Origin: Octopus sinensis
Taxonomy: Eukaryota
DNA length: 64,000 bases
Direction of reading: 5' to 3'
Assembly (NCBI RefSeq): GCF_006345805.1
Contig: NC_043006.1
Location: forward strand, 78,306,001 to 78,370,000
The position numbers and the translations under genes were made by a program. Shown here piece after piece: positions 12,744-27,096 of this stretch (position 1 is its first letter; the number at the start of each line of letters is the position of its first letter). The notes under the pieces were generated by a model that did no database searches, was not told the origin of the DNA, and saw only the letters and a list, made by a program, of their open reading frames with translations.

Positions 12744-15700
12744 ATGTGTGTGTGCGTGTGTATGTGTGTGTGCGTGTATGTGTTGTAGTTACGTATAAAT
12801 TATCTGGAAATAACTTATCGTGTCTCTACACTTTTAGCCAATAGCCAATTGTAAATGTTTAGCCAATGGCCAATCTGTTAAGCGGTGATAGTGTGCCGAT
12901 AGTAGTTGTGATGTTTATGTTAGTGTTGCGCCCCTTAACAAGGAGTCATCTCAGTGGTGTAATAAGTTTCATATTTCCTTGGGTCGTAATGGCATCTCTG
13001 ATTTATTCAGACTCTTGCATGTTCATTATGTTTTAACTTTTCTTGATTCAGTCATCAGACTGAAAATATAACTTAAGGGAAATAAAACCTCGGAGTTCGG
13101 CCATTGACAAAAGTGTGTCTTGATCAAAGTAGGGTTTAAGGGGATTACTGGACATTAAAAATAAGAAACCCAAGCAAAAAGCAAAACAAAAGAGGGGATG
13201 TGTTTCGGGTGTCTTATATTGATTAAAGGTTTAAAATCTGGTTTATATGTCATTAGCCAGAATGTTTTGATGTCAAACAGCCTATTTAATATAGCATTGA
13301 AGAGAACTGATTTTCTTGAGCGTAATTACAATGTCAGTTATTTTAAAGCATAGGATTTTCTTGGGCTGATTAAACTCCAGTTAATCTCTGTTTTGCATTT
13401 GGATGCCATTTATTGGGATGAAAGACATTTTTTCCTTGTTAGATTTTAAGTCGGATCAATAATATTATGTTATAAGGAATCCAAACCAAACAGTTTAGTT
13501 GTCTACGGCTTAAACTAACTTCACAATGAATATCATTAAATGAGGGTTTGTTTTTTAACAAAGAATAAAAACTTCTATATTTGCAAAGAAATGAAAGTTT
13601 AGCTTAGTCTCGAAGTTTCATTGAGTAATAATCAAATGTTTATTCTCCATGGCTCGAGAGCAATTGGCTAAGAAGAACTCAGCCCACGCTACAGCTTTAA
13701 ATTCGTAGATATGGTGGGGAAACGAAGTGGAATTAATAACTTACAACTGATATTAGTTATATGTCTAAAGTGTGTAGTCGGTACGTCTTAGAAGATCAAT
13801 TCTTGATATACCTTATCAGAAATTAATATATACGCAGATAAAAGAATCACCATTTCAACGTAGAAATAAATGTAATCAACGAGGTTATATATTCTTTTCT
13901 TCACCTCGTTTATCATGAAGTCATTGATTTAACCTCTTTTTTTATATAGGATTCAGTAATATTTTTGGTTAACGTAAAGTTAGCAGGAACCTCTGATGAG
14001 CTGGGTTCTTAGTTTATGGAGGAAGCTGTTTTGCATTTATGATTATAAACCTTACTTCAGACGTTATCACAACATTAGCACTATGAACAGCATAAGTAAA
14101 GAGAAAGCACCCTTGGAATATTTTTGTTGACTTGCAATGAGTGTAGAAATGACTGGAGGAAATATTTAGCAATTTTTTTTAGTGAAAAACAAGTAGTAAT
14201 TTGGATGTTAACTTAATGTAATGGACGCCAAAAGATGTTAACTAATTAAAATTATGTTCAAACTGAAAATATCCGATCAGTTTATAAAGAGCTTAATAAT
14301 TAACTCCGATCAAGAAAGGTAGGGAAGACAACTTTTGGAATTTGAACTGATCAAAATTAATTAAAATTACTTTAAAATAGAGTGCAGTGGGAATCATTTA
14401 GATCTTCGACTCTGTACAGATTTCAGTTTAATTAATACTCATGGGTTTAGTGTAGCTGTTGTTGTAGCCCCTATATTACCAAAATAATATATAGGATTTT
14501 TCTGATAAACATTGAGTGGAAGGTTAACATAACAAAATAATGGTGTAGATAATACGCAACGACGTAATTTACATAGAACGATTACTTGTAATATATAAAC
14601 TACAATAATATACATTAAGTCTCCATTGTTGCAATAGCTTATTAACACAATGATTGTATAGCTTTAAACCATTACTTCATATATCTTGCAAACACCAGCT
14701 TGTCAAAGAAGGTAAATGTTTTAAATTTCCATGATCGAAAGGCATGAAATATATTGATTTAAAAGAATAGGAGAAAGGTTCTTGTATCAGTGCAGTTTAT
14801 AAAGAGCATTAGAAATTGATGTTTAAATGACTATAAAAAGAAATAGAGCAAAGATCTCAGAGTAACTTAGCCAAGAGTTTGATTCACATTCCATATATTT
14901 ACATATTTGATAACCAACATCTATTGATTGCAAGCCGGCGAGCTGGCAGAATCGTCAGCTCGCCGGGTAAGATGCTTTACATCATTTCAACCGCCTTTAC
15001 GTTCTGAGTTCAAATTCCGACGCGATCAAATTTACCTTTCATCGTTTTGGGGACGAGAAACAAGTACCAGTGGAACACTGGGGTCAATGAAATCAGCTTA
15101 CCACTTCCCTAAAATTGCTGGCTTTGCTCCAAATTATTAAACCAATATCTACTGATTGTGATGAATATTCAGAAATATATCTTCTTTGGAATGCACCTGA
15201 AGCGATTTTTCTGAAACAGCGTGTTTCGCTTAGTTATATTTAACTTGAGAAACAAAGAGGTGCTGATTTGAAAACAGAGTTCTTTTTCGGAACACGACTA
15301 AATACTGCTAAATATTTTCTTCTGCGTGCTAACGATTCTACCAATTTGCAGCCTTAAAAACAAGAGTAACAATACAAATTAATTTGTGTTATTGGAATGA
15401 TACAGAGATTCAAATGTGAGGAGAAAACAACGCAGCGCGACTAGCTTTCTTTTTTGATGTCCAAACCATCTTTTAAAATATTTTGGTTTTAATGACACAG
15501 TTATATTCTTTTCTACTCTAGACACAAGGCCCGAAATTTTTGGAGAGGGCGCAAGTCGATTAGATCGACGCCAGTTCGCAACTGGTACTTAATTTATCGA
15601 CTCCAAGGTCGACCATTCTGTTTATTTTTATTGCTAAGTCTACACGTTGTCCAATCAATACCACTTGCCTGATTTAAAACCGTAGAATGGAATTTGCAGA

Positions 15701-16045
15701 AATTTGGCAATTGTTATAAGTTTATTGGGTTCGAACAAGTTCACAGAGAAGAATACATTGCCGTGATTGATCATGGCCTATATTGAAGAATGTGTGAGGC
15801 TCAAGAGTTTTAGTACTTCAAAACAGTTGAATATACCAGAGTTTCGTGATTTTCTGCCAATAAGGTGCTGTGTATAAATTTCTTATGGGTTTTACATATT
15901 TTTTTTTATGGTGACCTACATTGATTTATGATTAGAAAATAAACTATTGTTGCCCTGTTTTTGTGCTTTGTCTGTTTCTGAGTGTGTGAATATACTGTAT
16001 GTATACTCACATGCATGCAAACGTACATACATATATGTGAGTGTG

Positions 16046-16104
<59 letters not shown>

Positions 16105-16144
16105 GTGTGAGGAGTCAGTATGTGTGTGTGTGTGTGTGTGTGTG

Positions 16145-16178
<34 letters not shown>

Positions 16179-16191
16179 GTGTGAGGAGTCA

Positions 16192-16227
<36 letters not shown>

Positions 16228-16829
16228 AAATATGTGTTGTAACCGACATATAAAAGTAAGTTAATTTATTCCTCTGAAAGACTACCCAATTATCCTTATT
16301 CTAAATAATACTTTTTGTTTTTAGGTATAAACCTTTCGATTTTATCACGTTCGTATTATAAAATGATCACTTTCCAAACCATTGCATGGAATGTATATCT
16401 AAATAAGCAGACTTAGAAAAGGCGCCTGTAATGTAAATTGTATTTGAATTTATTGAGTTGATTAAAAGACAACTGACTGAGGAGTCCACAATACACGATT
16501 TGTGTATCTTTAACAATACTGCGTTCGATCCCTTTTTACAGTTATCTCCGAAAACATGGCTTGCCTAACTATGTTTCAAATGTAATTGTAGCGATAGTAA
16601 GATAAAATTATTATTTGATTATGTATATTTGCCGTAATGAATTCATATATTTTAAACAATGTTTATAAAAAAGATCCATATACATATATATATATATATA
16701 TATCACGGCCTTCTATATATATATATATATATATGTACATACATACATACAAACATACATATACATATATAAATATATATATATATAAAGGCTAAAATTA
16801 ATTAATTAATAGTTATTAGTTATTAATCA

Positions 16830-17040
16830 TTAATAATTCTACCAAGTAGTTTCGGCATGTTAAAAGAACCATTATCGGTAAACTTGAACAACAATATTTT
16901 TATAGTTATGAGTATAATTATAATTAGGGTCTCGGCAAAACAATTTGCTTTACCACATACCGAAAATTTGGAAATAGCACCCAAACACCTAGCTATTTCT
17001 CTACCATAAGAGAATCTCCCAGATAACATATATTCAAATA
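16830..17040. repeat. Unclassified interspersed repeat, second copy at about 46930-47110
   Basis: Shared ACCATTATCGGTAAACTT...TATGAGTATAATTATAATTAGGG...CCACATACCGAA...CTTAGCTATTTC; both copies lie next to (TA)n/(CA)n tracts. Confidence 0.7.
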
Positions 17041-17161
17041 TATATATATATTTCAGTGGCCAACTGTCACACAATCTAAGATAAGCGATAACAAGCTTTA
17101 ACTGCAGTGTATTAAAAGTAAACATTGTACGTGCGTATGTATAAAACGTCTGTTCAAATTA

Positions 17162-18466
17162 GGGGATACCGTGTCTAGTTGTTACACGTGTAAGTTGTTA
17201 CAAGCCCATTGTTTCCAACTTCAAGAAATAGGTAGCACTCGGGTCTCTACCTCGTGAAGGCCAACTCCATAGTATCATGACTGCACATGTCTATTGCACT
17301 GGCAGGCTGTCACCAGGAAGTTATGACACAAAAAATTATTTTTTTTACTCCAAAAGTGAAATTTTGCCACAAAGTTATTTCCTTAACTACAAAAGCACAA
17401 GTAGTGTTACTGAAGTAGTTTGTGGCTCACTAGGAAATGTTTGAAGTTGCCTTCGACACATGAAGGCGTGTCCTGGATGCCATGCATTGCTAGTGCTATG
17501 TATGAGGTAATCCACAGAAATCCATGGTCGGGGCTAATTGTTACAGTGTATCAACTTATCCCAGGCATGTAACAACTTACCCCTTCTATTTCAGTTTAAC
17601 ATGCCATGCCTAGAAATTAAAAAAGGAAAACTACAAGGGGCGGATACACCTCTTGATGTCATGGAAAGAGCCGCCAGAAAAGTTGTGGATGAAAAGAAGT
17701 CATTACGGGATGTTGCCGTAAAACAGCGCATAGTGGATGAAATAAACGAATAGAAATCCAAACCAAAGAAGGCAACTGTTACAGAAAAGGTAAGAAAGAG
17801 GAAGGGAAAGTCAACTAAATCAGGTAAAGGCAAAGGCTAACAGCCTTGCAGCAAGCAAGTCGCCGTTGGAATTGCCTTGTCTGCTCAGATTGGTATTACA
17901 ACTCCCTTTCAGGTGAAGAATGAGTGCAATGCATGATCTGTAAAGACTAGGCACACACTGACTGTACCGATGGATGATAGAACTTTCTGTATGATCTATA
18001 TGGTGTGATGTTAATGGAGAACAATTCAGACTAGATGGCTGGCACATATAACAATGGGGAAATTTGCTGATGAGGACTCTCAACATCACAATTATGATAT
18101 GAGGTGGTTCAAAGCACAGTTAATTAATTAAAATAATACTTCCTAGATGCAAGAAGCAGGAGATGTATTCATTTTAAACTTGTTTGTTAACATTATTCCG
18201 AGTTATCGACAGTTGTAACAAAGTACCCCAGTTAGTGTCACAACGTGCCCCGCACTCAGGGTAAAAGTTGTTACAGCTAGTACCACCTCATTAATTAGAA
18301 CCTGTCTAATCAATGTTATGTAATTTCTGTTTTTTGCTGGTGATAACAATAAATAGGCATGTTTTACTAATTAAATCTGAAAAGAAACTTCAGCTGTGTT
18401 CATTTATGTGGGTGCCAGGGCAAAAAAAAAAAATGAAAATATGTAACAACTAGACCCGGTCTCCCC
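17162..18466 (+). mobile_element. Internally deleted pogo-like (DDE_1/CENP-B type) DNA transposon
   Basis: TIRs GGGGA(T/G)ACCG(T/G)GTCTAGTTGTTACA with TA on both sides and repeated subterminal GTTGTTACA motifs. N-terminal psq-HTH-like DVMERAARKVVDEKKSLRDVA; C-terminal PHD remnant CLVCSDWY...EE*VQCMICKD*AHTDC (17873 onward). The catalytic domain is absent. Confidence 0.8.
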
Positions 18467-20044
18467 TACACATCATCATTCTTGTATATTCCACACACAT
18501 TGGAGGTTTCAATAGCACACTGTCCTAGTTTTAAATAAATTCGTAAGTACAGTATTTTATAGAGGGATATTTTAGTAAATTTCTCGTATTTATCTTACGT
18601 CAAAAATAATTCCCTGGAATGGCAGCAATGCTACAGTTGCCATCTATGTTTCTCACAAAAACTGTCTCTTCATACCTAGCTAGAAAGTGAATTTGAAATC
18701 ACTAGACGACCTCCAAATATGTAGTGAAAAAAAAGTAATGTAATCTTCAATATACCATCATACGTGAATATGCTACTGAATCAATTATACTAACGAAGAC
18801 ATCTTCCATAAAAAAGGAAAGATGTAATAAACGGTTCAGTAAATCTACGGATAATATAGAAACCCAATAACAAAATAAGTTACTTAATGCTCAGTGTGTA
18901 CCGATTACTGAAAACGCCTTTCTTGCAGATAAGAATGGGCTTCGAAAACTAAAGCTTCATTGTCAGTTTTCACTCTGTTTTAACAACAAGTGGTGAACGT
19001 TTACCAAGTGGTAAACACGTTTACCAAGCGGTGAACGTGTTTACAAGATCAGTTATCTAGGTTCACGAATGGACATTTTTTGAAAGGATAAACGGCAAAA
19101 TGAAACACATTTTGAACGATGTAACGAAGCACATTCTGCGTAGTAGCACGACCTTCTAGAAATACCAGAACAAGCCAACGTGTAAGGTTTGACTAGGTTG
19201 GGGTACTTGCTAGGAATAACAGCCAAAATTACTGCAAATTGAGCCGGATCTTCTAATAATAAAATGATGAAATACACATTGGAGTGGGTTGAATATAGAA
19301 AAAGACTGAAATTCTCACTGGAACACCTTTCAACGTGTCTGTTTGGTAAGACTACCTTGACGCTAAATAAGAGGGGAAATTTTGAAAAAAAATTATGAAA
19401 ATTACATAAAGGAAAGCACATAAATTAAAAACGTTTTCTTTTTTTGTTTTTAAGGACTGAATTTTCCATTGGTGACATGAGAATCAACAATAGTTCGACA
19501 GAGAGCTTTTAAACGTAAAAAAAAAGATATATCAGAAATACTCAATGAGATGGTAGATTAGGAATCTATATTATTTGCAGTATATTTTATATTATTGCTT
19601 TCTTTCTACTATTGTTATTTTTTTTTTTCAAGGTATTAGTTCAGTCTACGCCTGATAAACTCTTCGAAAAGAAACGTCTGTTCCTTCGTGGGATAATAAG
19701 AAAAAGCTAAAAATATATAAAAAGATTTTAAAGAACAGGTTTTATTTTGGAAGTAACCTCGGCATTGTTAAATGGATTTATAAAAATACTATGTGAAATC
19801 AGATGGGAAGTTTGTTGTTCATTATATATAACTGTGAGAAAATAAGTATGCACATGAACAATCGTACTGCTACTGCCTAGAAAGAGGATCATAAACAAAA
19901 GTGTTCTTGTCAGGACGACTCTTGTCAGAAAGTTTTTATGGTTTGTACTAACACCCTTTCGGATGTGATACAAATACGTAATGATGATGATGATGATACT
20001 ATTACTACTACTACTACTACTGCTGCTACTACTACTACTACTAC

Positions 20045-20079
<35 letters not shown>

Positions 20080-20194
20080 GCACTGATGCAGTACCAGTAC
20101 TCGTGGCTTCTGATATTAACTGATTGGAAGTGTTATCATGTACATTATTTTTTCTTGGTATAAAAGATGGGCTACAGCAAATATTCTGCACAAT

Positions 20195-20429
20195 ACCTAT
20201 TTCTTTATTACCCACAAGGGGCTAAACACAGATGGGACAAACAAGGACAGACATAGGTATTAAATCGATTACATCGACCCCAGTGCGTAACTGGTACTTA
20301 ATTTATCGACCCCGAAAGGATGAAAGGCAAAGTCGACCTCGGCGGAATTTGAACTCACAACGTAACGCAGACGAAATACCGCTAAGCATTTCGCCCGGCG
20401 TGCTAACGTTTCTGCCAGCTCGCCGCCTT
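20195..20429 (-). mobile_element. SINE family A, young copy with target-site duplication
   Basis: Full head and core; CTGCACAATA is repeated at 20186-20195 and 20430-20439. Confidence 0.9.
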
Positions 20430-20844
20430 CTGCACAATATTCTGCACAATACCACGGATTTGCTTGTCAGTTCTTTGACCATAACCCACTGAGCATGTCC
20501 CTTAGTGGCTGATGATATGTGCCTCTCTGATCACAAGCAGAATTAGTGGGGGAGTATCATAGCCATGTGTTGAGAGGAATTCTTTGGGGTTTGGATAATT
20601 CACATTTAGAAACAACAACCGAAAACAACCATTATTCGGAGACCTTTTGAGCAGGATGGGCTACACGACTTGCAGAAACTTCCAGCTGGGTCCTACCTGA
20701 AAGCTCATGCACTGCTTATCTTGATATGAGATCACCATGTCACGAACATATGGTTGTGATGCATGTGTCTGTTATACCCTTATCAGACGAGTAGTCATGA
20801 TGGGTATACTGGGCTTCGTATATTTTACCCCTGCCCCTTCACTC

Positions 20845-20877
<33 letters not shown>

Positions 20878-20879
20878 CC

Positions 20880-21280
20880 TTTCTACTATAAGCACAACGC
20901 CGGAAATTTGGTGGGAGGCGGTTAGGTCGACTGAACCAACCCCAGAGTTTCCCTGGTTCTTAATTTATCGGCTCTATTGGATGAAAGGCAAAGTTGACCT
21001 CAGCGGAATTCGAACTCAGAACATTGCGGTATTTTGCCCGGTGTGCTGGCGATTCTGCCTGCTCATTGCCTTAATAATAATAATCCTTTCTATTATAAGC
21101 ACAAGGCCTGAATTTTTTAGGGGTAGGAAACTAATCGATTATATCGAACCCCGTGTTTCAGTGGTACTGAATTTATTGACCCCAAAAAGAAGAAAGGCAG
21201 AGTCGACCTCGGTGGAATTTGAACTCAGAACACTCAGCATTTTGCCCAGTGTGCTAACGATTCTGCCAGCTCGCCACCAT
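20880..21280 (-). mobile_element. Two adjacent older SINE family A copies (short-tail variant)
   Basis: Two head+core copies, each ending in a ...CCTTGTGCTTATA-like tail, separated by (AAT)n. Confidence 0.75.
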
Positions 21281-21296
21281 AATAATAATAATAATA

Positions 21297-21363
<67 letters not shown>

Positions 21364-21924
21364 AAGAAGAAGAAGAAGAAGAAGAAGAAGAAGAAGATGA
21401 AGAAGAAGAAGAAAAATAGAAGGAAGAATATATATATACCGTGTGTGTGTGTTGTGTGTGTGTGTGTGTGTGCGTGCGCATATAAATACTTTAGGAAGAG
21501 GTTCAAAGTTTTGCAGAAGGCCAGAAATATGGGGGAGGGTGTAGGTTCAAAGTTGAATAATATTGTAATTTCAATCACAATATTATTCACCTGGGTCGAT
21601 GGAATTATCAAAGAAAACAATAGCCAGTTATATGTTTCTCATCACTATTAACTTATCCACCCACTGTGAGAGTTGTAGATGATGCTGAGATGCATGTCCC
21701 TGGAATTTGAGATGGTGTATTCCTTGTGGTCTACTGTTCCTGTGTACGTATCCAAATACCTTTATTTCAACGTCTACCAAGTCCACTCACAAGGCTTTAG
21801 TCGGTTCGAGGCTATAGTAGAAGACAATTGCCCAAGGTGCCACGCAGTGGGACTGAACCCGGAACCATGTGGTTGCTAAACAAGCTACTTACTAGATAAT
21901 CACTCCTACGCCTATATAGAGTAA

Positions 21925-22560
21925 TTAAAATTAATCGTCATAGTCTAGGTTGTGTCGAAGGTGTTGCAAACTGACCATCATAGATTGTATGGTGTTAGAA
22001 GTGAATAAAGTTGACCGTCATGGTTTGGATGGTAATAAAAGTACCACAAAACTTACCATAATGGTTTGGGTCGGGTAAAAAGTGATTAAAACTGACTTCT
22101 GTGTTTTGAGTCATGGTGAAAATGATTAAACTGGTCATCGTAACTTATGATGGAAGAAATTTGACAAAAGAACAAGTGTGGTTTTCATACTTCTAGAAGG
22201 GATTAAAATTAATCATCATGGTTTACATTGTGAAGTCCAAGAAGTGTTTCAATTAATCATAATTTGACTCCGTCACTTGGAATTGTCTAAACCTGATGAC
22301 AATGATATGTGACAAGAAAAAAGAAGCCAATACTGACAAATAAAGACTGGAACAGACTAAACTGACAAACTTTTGTTTGGGTAGCATTAAAAGCGTCCCG
22401 AAATGGTAACCATGGTTTCGTCGACGTAAAAATTTTTAACACTGATCATAATTGTTTGGATCGCGTTAGAAGTCAATTATGCAACATCAAACGTCGTTTT
22501 GGTCGCGGTAGATATAACTAAGACAACTAAAACTGACAAAACATCGTCTTGGTTATGCTG
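21925..22560. repeat. Ancient 40-bp minisatellite
   Basis: Successive 40-nt units resembling AAACTGACCATCATGGTTTGGAT(C/G)GTGTTAGAAGTGATT; clear for about four units, then decaying. Confidence 0.65.
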
Positions 22561-24439
22561 CATGTAATTTAACCGTTTAGTAACCAATTAAAGTGATCCA
22601 ATTAAAATCTTCCAATAAATTTTTGTGTTAATTTAAGTTCCAAGAGCCAGTTTGACATTAACAAGGTTACTTTCTTAAATTCTTATTTCAAATAATATTT
22701 CTCAAATAAAGGGTTTTTTAAAACTGAAATATGATAACACAAGTGTTAAAATGATTAAAAAGTAACTTGCACGACTTGCATCCTGTCAGAAATATCTAAA
22801 CTTAACATAACACACTCTGAGTCAGAATTTTGTGGAGTTTGAGCCTTGTTTCAACTGACTAAAACTGCGTGTGGTCATGTTAGTTTAAATTTTGGCTCAA
22901 GTTCAGCAATTTCGGGTGAGGAGTAAGTCGATGACATCGATCTCAGCTTTCAACGGTAAATATTTTATCGACCCCGAAAAGATGAAAAGTAAAATCGACC
23001 TCGGCGGAATGTGAACCGAGATCCTGAAAAAATGCTATTATGCTTTTATACTTGGCGTTGCTAACGATTCTGCCAACTCGTGTTATTATTACTTATGCTT
23101 TGCTTCCTGTTTTATATTCAGCAGAAATCGGCTCAAATAATGAGAATGTTACTTTATACACAATAAATCTCCATTGTATGGAAGTTGCTCCAAGTACAGG
23201 AATATTCAAGACAACGAAGAGGCTGATAATTTCTGAGATACGCGTGATAAGCTTTCCTATTCTCTTCTTCACGAATTCTAGAGATACCATGATCACGATA
23301 TTTTGGTCATCATAGGTCCGATGCCTTCAGCCACGCGAGAAAACTGACGCAGGATCAAGTTTTATCGAATGTGAAGATTCAGAAGCCAAGCCTTTAACAA
23401 CGCAATACATATCCATATTGTTCGTAGAGATGTCGGTTAGTCTCCATAACTAATTCCAATCGTGTGGTAGAGACGATATAATGTTCATCAGAATTGTCAC
23501 CACATTTTATGACGTCTCCTTGTGATTTATCGGGCTAAAAGACGATTGCCTTGAATTGACATTCGAGTGATCTTGAAACGTGCGTTGGAGTTGAAAGGTA
23601 TCCGAGCAAGAAAACGTTTGCCCCATCGAAGGTCCGGTTAGAAAAATTGCTAAGATTTATATAAAATTTGATGACTGACACGCTGCTTGAAGTTATCAGC
23701 CCCTGCAGAATTAATCATTCTAGCGTAATGTTACAAAATGTCTTAATGGGAAGTGAAAGGAAATCCAAAAATCCAAATCATTGAAGTGATTATGAATTTA
23801 GGCAAATTCGTTCAGTCTTTACAATTGCATTGTACTCGATCTGTGACTGTACAAGTACAAAGGCGTCCCTGTGAAAAAACGATCCCTACACAGAAGTACC
23901 ATTCTGTTACCTCTTACTTATTTCTATCTTACTGAACTGTGCCTTTCGTCGGAGCACTACTTTGAAGGATTTGTCGAAACATCTAACAAGCTCTTAGTTT
24001 GATTCTATGTTTTTTACGTCTGGATAATAATCTATCGGTGTACTTTGATGAATCGCTTCGAAAACATTCAGCATCAGTTGTCATAGGACAAACATAAATA
24101 CACTTACATACCTACATAAGACGTGCTTCCATAGTTTCTAACGAGCTCATTCACAATACATTGGTCGACCAGGGGGCTATAATAGAAGACACCTGCGGCG
24201 CGGTGGCACTGAAATCGAAGCTACGTGATTAGAAAGCTAGCTTTTGAATCACACAACCATGCAGCTCTTTCTTTATACTTCACTAAATGTTAAACAGGGT
24301 ATTAAAATCTGTGATATGTATATATAGGATCAAACATAGCCTACGGTGTACACCTCGCTTGTATATTACCACTTTTGAGGTTCCGGTCGCTGTCAAACAT
24401 ATGTAATGCGGATGTAATCTACTCCATTCCGTAAATCAC

Positions 24440-24477
<38 letters not shown>

Positions 24478-24524
24478 GCATGTGTATGTGTCTGTATATA
24501 TATGTATATATATGCATGTATATA

Positions 24525-24563
<39 letters not shown>

Positions 24564-27020
24564 ATATATATGTATATATATGTATATATATATGTATATA
24601 TATATGTATATATATATATGTGTATATATATATATGCATATATATATATGTATACATATATATGTATATATATATGTATATATGTATATATATATATATG
24701 TGTATATATATATGTATATATATATGTATACACAGTCATTGCACGGTGATCGCCATAAGCTTTAATGTTATATGAATACCATTATAATTATTTATGGAAT
24801 TGTAAATCACGGCACCGTATAACAAAACCATTCGCACCGATATACATACATATACATATGAATGGAACACAGCAAGCCGACAGAATCGTTATCACTCCGG
24901 CCAAAATGCCTGGCAGCATTTCGTCCATCTTTACGTTCCGAGTTCAAATTTCAGCGTATAGAACTTTGCCTTTCATCACTTCCGGGTCGATAAAATAGGT
25001 ACAGCACTGGGATCGACGTAATTGACTTGTTCCCTCCCACGAACTTGCTGCATTTGTGCCAAAATTTGAAACCAACATTTGTTATGTATAATTACAACTG
25101 CGAACTGAGATATTCTTTCATAACCATGAATTTTTAAATTAGAGTTAAAAGAAAAATTAGAGTTAATTTTCAATACAGTTAACTCATTTGTCCATTTAAC
25201 TCAGGTAAAATTACCAATACATAAGATAGACCAACCCGGTCCAGTTTAGGGTTATTTTATTTATAATTTTAACTGATAAATTAACAAATATTATCATGTA
25301 CCAGCGTAAATACGATAACAAACCTACTGATAGATACTTCCAAGCAGTCAGTTAAATTTGAATATCTTTAGATAATTTTTTTACTCTTAATATGTTTAAA
25401 ATATTTTGTTCAAGTAGTGTATTCTTTCCTTGCAGTATTTTGTATCTGAGGTTTATTTTTTCTTTCTTTTTTGTTGCTGTCCTACATTTCCATTGGTTTT
25501 ATTTCATCTCTCGCTTTTCTCTCTCTCCTCTCTCTCTCCATCCCCCCTCTCTCTCTCACACACACACACACACACAGTAATTTCTCCTCTCTCTCTCTCT
25601 CTGTGGAATGTCTTCTTACATTGTAACCTTTAACACTCCCCGTTGGTGTGAGATACAAACCACTACGTTTGACTCATATCCTACAACGAAACAAAGCTTA
25701 TATTTCACTTGATATTTGCTCTACATTTTATATATAAAATTCTTCTTCTGCAGTTCAGCCTGAATATATATCAACTTTAGATATTTTGTGCATTAATTTA
25801 ACATTTTCAAGCGTCGAAAAGGAACATTTAAGCGTTGCTTAATTTCAACTTCACCGCTGCAAAAATTTCACTTCCTGCATCATCCTTCTCCAATTGTAAA
25901 TATTGCATTTTTCATAGATTCTTCCCAAGAGAGAAAATCAATGAAATGAAGTGCCTATCGACCGATAAGTCCGTTCATGAAACATCAGAAGGATTGGTAA
26001 CATTTAGAAGGGTGTACAAATCATTTTAGCTTTTTGGGTGCTTTTAATTTAGTGATTTGGTTATAAACTTCCATACGTAGAATACAATAGTAATAGGTTC
26101 AATAAATAAATACATCGATGTACTGAGGGATAGTGCAGAAACATGACAACTTCTTGCATTGAAGAGACTGCACACAGCATAGGTGAGCGTATAGGTGAAC
26201 ATTGGTGAGAGATCAAAGAAGGGAAAAGCTCGCCAGTGCTCTAAGAGCATGCTCAGGCAGAACATGCAGGCTCGATTAGTAGCATAGAGGTTAAGTTATT
26301 ATCGACACATAGAACTGACACGATACTTGGACAGATCACAGAGGCTACACACATAGCCGTAGACAGACTGCGCCTCAATAGAAAACTCGAATTGAACAGT
26401 AACACCCACCATCACACCACACCACATAATTAAGACAGAAGGGATGAGAATAGAGAGGAAAAACAAAGAAAACATTCGTAAATAATATACAGAAATATAC
26501 AGGGTAATACACACACAACAGCCATATATGCACTTACTTGTGATGCTTATGAGAAATAGAGATAGATATATAGATAAATAAATGAATAATTATCTAGATA
26601 AATAAACAAATATATAAATATATTTTCTCATAACTGGGATAAATATAAGATATAGAGATAGATAAAAATAAATAAATAAATAAATGTATATAATTGGCAT
26701 GTATACGAAGCGAACCCAACATACGAAGCGAAACCATACACATATACAAACACACACACAAGAAATTTCACAGACGGCCACAACAATGTCAACAACAGAA
26801 CTAACAACGACAGCAGCAGCGGCGGTGACAACGATGACAATAACAACAGCATCTACAACGATGACAACACTGGGCAACCACATATGCACAGAAGATTACA
26901 GGGACTATACCATATTTTCGGGTCTTAGTACAGCAGCATCACAATGGGCTGAGAGGATGGGGCCGCTGCTAAAAACTATGTCACACACATAAGCATACCA
27001 AGATACACACACACACACAC

Positions 27021-27096
<76 letters not shown>

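Noticed and set aside
13040-13560. Possible very old PLE endonuclease C-terminus on the minus strand (EINWSLIS...CN...EK) with CTGATGA...GAAA nearby
   Set aside because: Needs several assumed frameshifts and the ribozyme stems do not close; too decayed to call.
26684-26992. Thr-rich ORF (+) and Val-rich ORF (-)
   Set aside because: Explained by an AAC/GAC-rich low-complexity tract bounded by microsatellites; on the wrong strand and beyond the stop for the LDLR stalk.
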